From assembly GCA_036785375.1 (NCBI GenBank), contig JAWMAR010000327.1:1302001-1366000 (forward strand): a stretch of DNA of 64,000 bases. The letters run 5' to 3'. This DNA is from Leucoraja ocellata. Its lineage: Eukaryota. A program made the translations under genes and the position numbers. Below, in pieces: positions 53,901-64,000 of the stretch. Every line of letters starts with the position of its first letter. Within the stretch, counting starts at the first letter, position 1. The notes beneath the pieces were generated by a model. It did no database searches. It had not been told where the DNA came from and saw only the letters and a program-made list of their open reading frames with translations.

Positions 53901-56900
53901 GTTACAAAATAATACATTGAAAGAACTATGGTTTATAAGATGCAGATTAGTCAATGCACATTATTCATTAATGTAATCATGTATCTGGTGTCTACGTACA
54001 GCAAAGCTAGTAACTTAATTATTCACCAAACACCCCGGCCGCTCTTGGCAATAACAAAGTCATCTGTGTATATTAAAGTAGCAATATATAAATTGGGTTT
54101 CTTCATAAATTTTGTTAATGCAGAGATAAAGTTGGAATAAATTCATTTTGGCATCAGAACAAACCAAGCTGGCCAAACTACCCAAGTGTTATTTGTTTTA
54201 AATATTTCAGGTCCCAACTGTACTAAGTACGCAAAGTTTAAACATGGAACACAAAACTATTATTACACTGGAAAGTATTTCACTTTTATTTGTTGTCGTA
54301 TTTTTAAATTAATGAGTTTATTAATAGTTAATAGTTACATGTCAAACCTCAAAGATAATAGAATGTCCATCCATTTTGAATAAATTAAGCATCAGAAATA
54401 CTCAAAAAGATCTATACTGCCAACTGTAAACCTGAATAAACAATCACAAATTTTCAGTCACTTTGATCTAAAAGAAAAATATTCAGAACTTCCTTAGTAT
54501 AGATAAATGAAAACATATGCCCTATGGCCACTAATAGCTTGCAACAAATTGGACAAATCTATCACTCATTATCGTACACCTCGCTCATTATTTTATCTAT
54601 AAAACATCAGTTCCTAATATGTAGAAACCAGTACTTTGTTTTTAAAGTTTGTTCTGTTGCTGAGTTACTGTAACCAATACCACTAAATGTATTCAAGATA
54701 ACCAAATAAAGCAATTTCTGTTTGGTAGTGTGTGGATAACATGCACTAAATGTAATGACATTTAAAAATATATACTGTCTTTGTAAATCGCCTGATCGTT
54801 AAATTCCTTTGTAATGGTTTTTTTCTGTATTTCAGCTTCAAGTTGAAGGAGAAAAACTAAATAATCAAAGTCACAATGCATTCATTTTTCTGTGCTGCGA
54901 AATATATTATTGCATCAATATACTGATCTTTACTGTACATTTAATCATATATCAAAAATAAATAATATATTAACTAGCATCAATAAAACTGACATACAGC
55001 AATGCTTGGAATTATAAAATGCTTAGGATCTGGAGAAAGAGGCAGTAATTTGGATTAGTGTAATTGAAGAGTACTGGAAATAAGTTTCAATGCATTTATT
55101 GATGTTGTTGGAGTGTTGGATTGTCACTTTCGTTTTTTTTTAAATTTCAGTAATCACCTTTAAAGGACAAATCATTGTATAGATACTTATTTAGAACAGT
55201 GGAATGTAGGGGTCTGGTTGAATAGTAATATTAAAATTAATCAATTTATATCTGGCCCATTTGAATCTTAATTGCACCATCTCAGGTCCTGTCCTTCTTA
55301 GATCAAATAATAATCAGGGTGTCATCATACCTATAAACCTACCTTACAAATGTTTCCTTAAGGGGCATTGAACGAAACATCTATCTCATATCGAAATAAT
55401 GATCTGCAGCATTCAGACATTCTTATATCATATCCGTAAGATACTCACTGTTGGTCAGACTGATTATTGGCTTACAGAAACGAAAGCATTTTTTATTTCC
55501 ATTTAAATAGTTTGTATGCTTGCGTAGTTACTGGACATAAAGTGAATAATATTCAGGTTGATGGAAGTGTAAGCTGATAGATCCATGAAGAAAATTTCAG
55601 TTCTTGATTCAATTTGAATGGAAGATCTAGTTGTCATTCTCAGAAGACAATTTGGCATCAATATTCTTTCTCTAATTACATATTACAAAGTTTTCAATGG
55701 AAACTTGTCAGCTATTTGATCTGTAGTGTTTCTAAGACTGTTAGTGATTAACAGTCTGCTGTCATTGGGTAATGTTTTCTGTAATCTAATTTGCTCTATA
55801 TACTGTAATACATATTTTCCTAACCAAAAAGTCTTAGTTTTTAAGATCATCCTGCAGCATTTCACATTTTCTTGCTTATAGGGCAAACAGCCAACATGCT
55901 CCTAAGATCCATCCAATAACCAAACCTCAGGAGGTTCTCAAGTGCAGCCAAGGTGACTTGCTCTCACAATTTCCTCTCTCTCACTCTGAATGGACACACC
56001 AGCAAGGTGCTGCCTTGCTTGCACATATCCTTTTTCAAAACATCTTCTTTATTTGATTTAGTCCCGTATCAGGGGCATTGTAATATTTCTCAGATTGGCA
56101 CAGTATCTGAGAAACTATAAATATTAATCTAATGAGACTTTATTCTACCAGAAGATATTTTAGCACAGTTACATCCACACATTAGTAATCACGATGGCAC
56201 CCAGACCAAATGTTTTTCAGGAAGTAGAAGTAATCGCATCTCCTGGTGGTGAAAAAAACGTGTTACAAACTGAGTTGCTCAACAACATAACAGCATAAGA
56301 TTCAAGGAACTTGACAGAATATGTTGCTTCTGAATAAAAAATGAGATGTATATCTTGGTAGGAAAACAGGGACAGTTGCTACAATATCTACCTTGTGCAC
56401 TATGTGAGTTTGTTAATTAATAGAATACTTGAATTGATTGAATATCAGCTGAAACAAATTAAAAATAATTGACCATATATTGTTCAGATATGGAAGCTTA
56501 AGTTCATATTTAGTGGGCACGACGACTTATTTAAAAAATAATGCCTTCTTTATCCCATTCAAGAATATTACCAGTCAAGTCTTGTCAGAGCTCTTTGATG
56601 TGACTTATGATTAAGCCTCTCAAAGATGCATAATGAGAGCACTTTAGGTTAAAAAATTATTTTCCATTACATTTTTATGTTTACATGTTCAAATGGCTGT
56701 TAGTGTTACTACAGATTCAAGGAACTCATTTTGCTGCCTCGCATTTCCAACATCACTCATTATTCCCACACATTCATTATACCTTTTATTGGTTTCTTGT
56801 AAAATATTTGGTGAAAATATGTTGTGATTACATTGATATCTAATGCAAATTTCTATAATTTTCCTTTTAATATTTTTGGTGATTTAATTTTTTTCCCCTT

Positions 56901-57649
56901 TCAATAGAATTCTAAGACCACTTTATTTCCAGTTTGCTACATTCATACAAACACTTTATTTTAGATTATGCTGTCCCTCAACTGTAATTTGGTCATGGTG
57001 CCTAACTAGGCAAATTAAGTCCTTGATGTTCAGGGAATGTACTGAGTTGATATTGTACAAATAATTATTTGACTAGTTTCAATAGTTTCTTGGTGAAATG
57101 CCTGTTTTGTTAACCATTCATTCCCTTCATTAATTTATCATCACTTTATAATTTGCCTTGAGTATGCTAGATTTTGAGGTGGATAGTTTATGAATGGTTT
57201 CAGAATGTTGTTGTATTTGCAACTATCATAGTTTTCCATCAATTTCCATTATTCAACTATTTCAAATCTTTGTTAGGGTGCTTGGGAACTACGTAAAGAG
57301 GGAAAGCAATGATATGTCTACTGACCCAATCAAATTGAGAATTGCAAATGGCTATTGCACTTTTAATAAAGTATATGGAATGTAAAGTGTGAACTCAGTG
57401 TCAAATGGAGCACAAACAACAACGAGAAGGAAAGACATTTTAGAACCGAGAAAAAAACAAATCAAAGAAACATATTTAATTTGCTCCATCTTTTCGAGAA
57501 TTAATATATGAAGAAATACGATTCCAAACATTTTAAAGTTAAATTATTTTTCAGTCTATTCAGGATCCTACCCTCATTTTTTGTGTGTCATATTGTACTG
57601 TATTACTGCTACTTCTTGGACTTACAACATTTGGCAAACCCATTAAATG

Positions 57650-58200
57650 TACTTACAATTTCCACCTTGCCATTATTTTCACATGGCCAATCTCCACCTC
57701 TTCCTTTTCCTTTCTTGACATCTATCTCCATTTCAGGTGATATGCTTGTAACCAATATCCACAACAAGCCTACAGACCAACCATAAATACTTCATTGTAT
57801 TCTTCTGGGTACTCAATCTCTGTTGCATCTGTTTGATGTTAAGATTTTCCACACCCGTATTTCTGAGATGTTTTACTTCTTCCTTAACCTTGACTCCTTA
57901 ATTGCCAGAGCTGACAGGACCTTCTCCACACCTCTGCTCTCATCTGCTCTCCACCCAGCTCGAATAAAAAAATTGTGCTTGCATTCCATCTTGCCAGTCT
58001 CCAGATTAATGCATCACTTTCCATGAGATTACACTACGGGAGATATTTTTCCACACTTTTCATTATCCCTGGTTTGCTCTTCTTTACCAATCATACCCCT
58101 GCAAAAACACCCATTTCCCATGCAACCACAGGAGATGCAACACCTGCCCTTTAACTTTCATTCAATTCTCGATCCCTTGTCCTGACCCCGAAGCTTGTGC
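57650..58200 (+). mobile_element. Degenerate Penelope-like retroelement fragment (RT C-terminus to Cys linker before GIY-YIG)
   Basis: Frameshifted FTW.IS / PFLD / SISGD...TNIHNKPTD, FHTRISEMFYFF, and FPCNHRRCNTCP. Confidence 0.7.
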
Positions 58201-58523
58201 CGTACACGCCTCAAGATCTGACCGAGATTTATTTGATCTGAACTGGCTACTGCTCTTATTTTCCTTGCTATCAACACATCGTCATCTTTTTTATTTACCT
58301 TCAGCCCTACCTCTGAAAAATACTCTTTAATTTCCTTTCTTTTAGTTGTCAACCTTTCATGGTATTGTCACCTCAAGCTGCTGAACAGTTCTCTGTCCTT
58401 TTGCCATCAAGCTGCCCTTACCATATCATCTCACTGTTCTCTCTTGTCCCACATCTAATCGTAAAGAACTCATGACGATAAGAAGTAGGAAATGAAATAG
58501 GTTATGGCCCATTGAATCTCCTT

Positions 58524-59191
58524 TCTTATGCGTGTTTTTTATGATTTTTAAACCTCGCTAACTTTTACAATATACTACCGATCGGAACGAAACATGTTGC
58601 ACTCGCAGCACAGGAGAACAGCGAGTAAGCTGATGAAAAATCGTAGCGCTATCATGTACCTTTTTTGCGCAAATATAAAAACTGCGCACACCGGAAGAGC
58701 ACAAGATCAGTTTTAGTTATGTATAGGTGATATCTCTATTATTTGAAATGTTTGTCTGAATCTATATATAACNNNNNNNNNNNNNNNNNNNNNNNNNNNN
58801 NNNNNNNNNNNNNNNNNNNNNNNNNNNNNNNNNNNNNNNNNNNNNNNNNNNNNNNNNNNNNNNNNNNNNNNNNNNNNNNNNNNNNNNNNNNNNNNNNNNN
58901 NNNNNNNNNNNNNNNNNNNNNNNNNNNNNNNNNNNNNGTTCCCGAAATACAGCCAAAATGGTACATGATAGCATAACAATTCTAGGGGCACCTTACTCAC
59001 CATTCACCCGCAGTGTGCAATATCAAGTTTCATTCAAATTGTTGTGCTATCGTGTACCGTTTTGGCTGTATTTTGGGTACATACATATATATATATATAT
59101 ATATACATGATGAGATCGCCATTTTCAGATTGCTATTTTGAACTAATACTGGTGTCACAACGGGAACCCAACTGGTTCACGGGTCGTCTAG
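58524..59191. mobile_element. Cluster of related non-autonomous Helitron-like repeats (spans a gap), including a 41-bp inverted repeat
   Basis: Shared GGTACA(T/C)GATAGC core three times in both orientations; TCTATAT-like starts; small hairpin followed by CTAG|T at 59188-59191. Confidence 0.4.
58773..58937. other. Assembly gap (N run)
   Basis: N characters. Confidence 1.
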
Positions 59192-60913
59192 TATACGCTA
59201 AAAATATTTCTATATATATTTGGGTAGAATAGCAATTACAGAATATCAGTTTTTTGTTCCAGCGGTCCCAGGTTAATTTATCCTCAAACATTGTGCTATC
59301 CCCTTGCTTAGTTTATATAATCTGGTTCACAGCTAGCCATTGCCCAATCGATTTATGATAAAATTACTTTTGTGCTTTCACTGCAAAAATTCAGTCTGCC
59401 TTACATGATAATAGGTGAACTCCCAAACCATTTGTGTCTTGCTTTTTGAAGGGTGTAACATTGGCATTTCAGTTGCCCATTTTAAGATTAAATGCAACTG
59501 TGTAGATTATTTAACACCTTCATCTAAACATTTTTGAAACAAATTCCGATGCATTTTTTCTGGTGCATCTGGGTAGAAAGGCAACCACTGACGTTGATCA
59601 GGCTCTTTGAGTTACTAACCAGAAGGAAGAGAAAAGAAGGTGGGGTTCGTCACCTAGAAAGGAAGAAGCAGAAAATACGAGGAGCCAACTCATGCTTCAA
59701 AAGCTGGTACATACCGCGGGTTCTGATGCTGCTTGTACACATAAAATTCAGACACTTGTAGTTTCATCATTGCATGCGAACAACGGAGGCATCAAGCTAC
59801 CTGTAATTTGACTATTTTCCTCTGTACGGACGGCAGAATCTTTGTTATAAAACTGTTTTCCACCAATTTGTCTGGCCGGGCGATGTGATTGCTGGTCACT
59901 GCCGCAGGCATTTTCTCCCGGCAAGATGATGAGACATTGAGGACTGAAATGTTTGCCTCAACAGTAGTTTGCTTTGTTTGTGGAGAAGCTGCTGGTTGAG
60001 ACGGGACCAAAGTGATCTGGGTGCTATCACTGACCCCTTGCCTTCAGGCAAATGATTTAAATTGGGCCTCATTTTGAGAAAAGAGGGAAAAAACATCTGG
60101 ATTGTGTCACCCGGTTGGTATATACTAGCGAAAAGTTATCATTGTTTCTGTCAACTTGTTATAGATTGGAACAGTACTCCTGCATTAACTCTTTGAGAAC
60201 TGCTATAGCATTTTATTAAACTTTATAATATTTTCGACAATCTCCAGTGATATTGCCGATGGTCGTAGGCAAAAGTAATGACAAGATGCAATCAGGTGAG
60301 TCGGTAAGTGGGAACAGAATCTGTGCGCTGATTTCAGCAAAATACAGCTGAGAACATGTGGGGAATGTAGCACTGAGGGCTGTTCTTAGTGGGATTGAAC
60401 ACAGTGGATCTGGGAACGCACTGAATCTGGGAAGAAAATCATACAGAGCTTGGATAATTTGGAAAAGAAACTGGGAATAAACCAGATGCCAGGAATGTGT
60501 AGAAAATGTGCAATGGTTAAGGAACGAGGGAATGTGAAATGATCATGACTGCTGGTAATTTGATTCCTCTGAATTGTTGTCCATTAGTATAAACCAATTT
60601 TGGGATTTTGCATAATACTGAGGGACTTCATCTTGGTCCCCACCATTTTATGACCCTGAAATTGGATCGCTATTCTGAATTGAAAGATTAGAGATTATTT
60701 TCCTTATATTTAATTGACATTAGTATAATTAATTTATATTATATCAATTAATAATAATTATTATATTATCTTATTAACATCAGGTAAGTTTGAAAAAAAT
60801 ATTTTAAATGTAATGAACAACTCATTGGCAGAATTAAGTTTTTAAAATATTTGAATGGATATTAATTATTTTTAATGTTTCAGGTTTGGACATATTTAGA
60901 AGCAGTTAAAAGG

Positions 60914-61030
60914 CCATAAGTAATAGTAGAATTAGGCCATTCGGCCCATCAAGTCTACTCTGCCATTGAATCATGGCTGATCTATCTCTCCTACTAACCC
61001 CATTCTCACGCCTTCTCCCCATAACCGCTC
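60914..61030 (-). mobile_element. CR1 LINE 3'-tail fragment
   Basis: aggccattcggcccatcaagtctactctgccattgaatcatggctgatct is similar to the 15461-15726 tail. Confidence 0.75.
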
Positions 61031-62092
61031 ACGCCTGTCAGGGACTCCCATGGCATAATGTGTCAGAAGACGATCAAGATGGTCAGGGGCAGGGTCTAGT
61101 GCTCAGCTGTCTGAGCCCTGATGTCTGTCATGAACCCTCTACCTTTGTGACATGCCATGGTCATGAAGCCGAGAACCTGAGTAGCACTGTTAGGCCATGC
61201 CAGGCTGCCTCGGGGATCATATGTGGAATAAATCTGAGGCTCAGAGCCATTACTTACTTTAAATAATTTAAACATTCCTCAAACAATTCTGTAAATGTAT
61301 CACTAATGTCTGTTTCCTCAATTTAATTATATTTTGGGCCTTTACTAGTCCTCAGATGTTTGTTATGAGGCTTTTCAATGTTGACTGAGCTAGGAGTTAC
61401 TTTAATGTATCTGTAAAAATAATCAATTAACATTATTGATTTTAAAAATAGTATAAATGTAATACGTTACGCATCACCCATGCATGCACGCATGCCCACA
61501 CATAAGTTTGCAAATGAGCTTTGGCCTGTTCGAGCTAATGTAAATTTCAAATAGAGCTTAGATGAAACTTGGGTCAAAACTAACATTCCAGTAATGTTGC
61601 ATTGGTAGTTTGAGAGCAATAATTATTGAGAGAAAATGAGTAGTATTTTCTACAAATCTGACTCTCCTTATCAGTCTTGCGCATAACATTTACTAACAGA
61701 ATTTTATTCTCTGAACAGTAAACATTTTCTTGGGATTGTTGGGAATGACCAGTAACACTGGTAAAACCTTGTTTTAAATTTTATCTCATGCTGCCCTAAT
61801 ATTGTGAGCAGTGCCCCTAAGGAAATCTCACATCAATTTATTGTATTTTACAGTGCGGATAGGCACACCTCTGAAGTTAGGCTACTGCTTTGTGAGAAAT
61901 GCAAACTAAAGCTGCTTCCAAAACAAAAGAGTTGTCCATTTAGTGGCTGTTGGAACCAATGCTGTTTTTCTTACTAACATCCTTTAAATTTATATTAACT
62001 ATTGACAACATCTGAATGATCTGTTTTATTCATTACAAGTTTTCAGCCTCTGCAATCTTATGTTTCTGCATTTGCAAATGGGTGTCTCCAAG

Positions 62093-62249
62093 CAGTGGTG
62101 GACTGGGTCTAAACATATTGGTTGCCAGGAGACAAAGGGGCCCCACCCACAACTACAATGCTATCATTTAACAGGGGCCCACTTGCCATCATTTCATCAG
62201 GGGCCCACTTGCCATCGGGCAAGCCGACACCCTGGCCAGTCCGCTACTG
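62093..62249. mobile_element. 157-bp hAT-type MITE with 8-bp TSD
   Basis: TIRs CAGTGGTGGACTGG / CCAGTCCGCTACTG (12/14); TSD TCTCCAAG at 62085-62092 and 62250-62257; internal repeat CAGGGGCCCACTTGCCATC x2. Confidence 0.9.
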
Positions 62250-62309
62250 TCTCCAAGCATAACACCTCTACTAGGTGATTCCATTGTAGATCTGGAACAG
62301 GATGGAGGA

Positions 62310-62850
62310 ACAAAAACAAGATGGTATAGGTTTAAGGTGAGAGGGGAAAGATTTAAACAGGCAACCTCTTCATGCAGAGGGTTGTGTGTATATGGAATGA
62401 GCTGCCAGCCAAAGTGCACGAGGCTGATACAATAATAACATTTCAAAAACGTTTGGGCAGGTACATGGTTAGGAAATATTTGGAGGGACATAGGCCTATG
62501 TTTAGTTTAGTTTAGTTTATTGTCACGTGTATTGAGGAATAGTGAAAAGCTTTTTAGTTGTATGCTAGGCTACACAAAAATGCTGGAGAAACTCAGCGGG
62601 TGCAGCAGCATCTATGGAGCGAAGGAAATAGGCGAAGTTTCGGGCTGAAACCCTTCTTCAGAAAGACTGTGTACACGATTACAATCAAACTGTTCACAGT
62701 GTACAGATACAGGGTGAAGGGAATAACGGTCGGTACAAGATCAAACCCAGTAAAATCCAACTCTGCCTACCTCAGTTGTTCATTTTGGTTGGTGTGGATG
62801 ATTTGGGCCAAGGGCCTGTTTGTATGCTATATTATTCCATAACTATGACT
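62310..62850 (+). mobile_element. CR1 3' fragment interrupted by a second LINE tail (about 62501-62730), itself interrupted by a Penelope-type repeat
   Basis: FKVRGERF and QRVVCIWNELP codons; tail ending ataactatgact; (TTTAG)n-tttattgtcacgtg segment inside. Confidence 0.7.
62571..62662 (-). mobile_element. Penelope-type terminal repeat with minimal hammerhead-ribozyme-like core
   Basis: Minus strand reads CUGAAGA-A-GGGUUUCAGCCC-GAAAC-UUC-GCCUAUUUCC...; remainder 58/59 identical to the 3067-3125 arm. Confidence 0.7.
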
Positions 62851-63099
62851 AAATAGTCCTCATCTTTTAAAAGTATCACTTAGTTGTTTGCTATATTCAA
62901 AATTGGCATTTTTTTAATGGCAATCAATTGGTTTAGAGTAAAACTGGGATCACTCCATTTAATCCATACATTATTTTTAATTCTGCTGATGAAGTGTTTA
63001 CTCATTCATCATGGAAGAGTTTCAGTTTGAGGATTAAGCCTTGATTTTGGAAGCTAAAGATGATCTGGAGTTTACAAAATGTTGGACTTGTACTTACTT

Positions 63100-63445
63100 G
63101 GCATCTTTCTAAACCTTTGGAATTCTCAAATGTCTTACTTTCAGTGAGATTATTTGTTGTCAGCGTTAACATAAAAATGGCAACAAATTTCCATACAGCA
63201 AATTTCCATAAACAGTTATGTTAATTCATGTTTGTGATATTGAAGGAGTGCCAAGACAAGAAGGACATCTCACCTCTTCTTTCAGGTATTGCAGCAATTT
63301 TTTTTTGCATTAAGCTGGTTGAATAAGGGTAAGTGGTGAAAGAATAATGCTGCCATTGAGAATACACCAATCTCTTTGTTTCATGTGTCTGGCTGGAATT
63401 TTGTGCTCAAGCCTCTTGAATGTTGAGCTAAACATTTTCAGAATG
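63100..63445 (-). mobile_element. Highly diverged DeuSINE (SacSINE1-like), reverse orientation
   Basis: aaatttccatacagcaaatttccataaacag, gccaagacaag...ctcttctt and ttgtgctcaagcctcttgaatg are collinear with the reverse complement of the recalled consensus. Confidence 0.5.
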
Positions 63446-64000
63446 GTGTCAACTTCTTTTCGTTAAATTCACTTCATGTGTGAGATGTCTCTATCCCCTT
63501 ATATCTCCCTAATTCTATTTAATATGTTGCTTAAATTCATTCCACACTTGTTTAACATATCATATTCCGTATTCATACTGAACTCGGTGGCTGTTGATTG
63601 TGTTGTTCTTCAATGTTTCTTTAAACAGCCCCACTGCAATTAATTTGATTGCATTATAGACTGTTTACACCATTTTTCAATCGATGTTTTGATTTTGCAC
63701 TCTGCATTTACCATGTCCGAGGCTTCCCAGTAACATGAGTTTGGATCCTGGTTATCACGAGCTTTATACACTTTCAACAGCCATATCCCTCTGCATAATT
63801 GCCAAATCTCTTACAATACTTTCTGAAAATTGCTAATCTCAAACATGCAACAGTTTTAAAAACTTTCAACTTAGTTTGAGAGAATAAAGATCGAAAGCTC
63901 AAAATGAGCTCCTGACTTAGTTTAGTTTGCAGATTTTCTGACTTGTATGGCCACAGATGTTCAGCCCTTCACTCCACACATGATACAAGAGCAATCAACA

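Overview
Vertebrate genomic DNA, most likely from a cartilaginous fish (skate/ray-type CR1, DeuSINE and Penelope repeats), with three assembly gaps. It contains the complete three-exon NR2F1 (COUP-TFI) gene on the minus strand: join(41594..41150, 40427..39900, 38282..38008), 415 aa. Its promoter has a CArG/TATA box, CCAAT boxes and a DR1 element, and its long leader carries uORFs. Tail-to-tail with it on the plus strand lies the last coding exon of FAM172A/ARB2A (9266..9417), which the ORF track missed. This reproduces the human NR2F1-FAM172A arrangement. Around NR2F1 is a ~39 kb CpG-retaining, transposon-poor domain with many CNE/enhancer-like blocks. The flanks hold CR1 LINE fragments, DeuSINEs, two TIR DNA transposons with target-site duplications (TSDs), Helitron-like repeats and Penelope-like material. 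The most unusual signal is a family of Penelope-type repeats carrying a hammerhead-ribozyme-like motif. One young copy (3026..3186, 14-bp TSD) is a perfect 60-bp fold-back whose turn lies 3-4 nt from the predicted ribozyme cleavage site. Family names and orthology come from my recall of known sequences, not from database searches.
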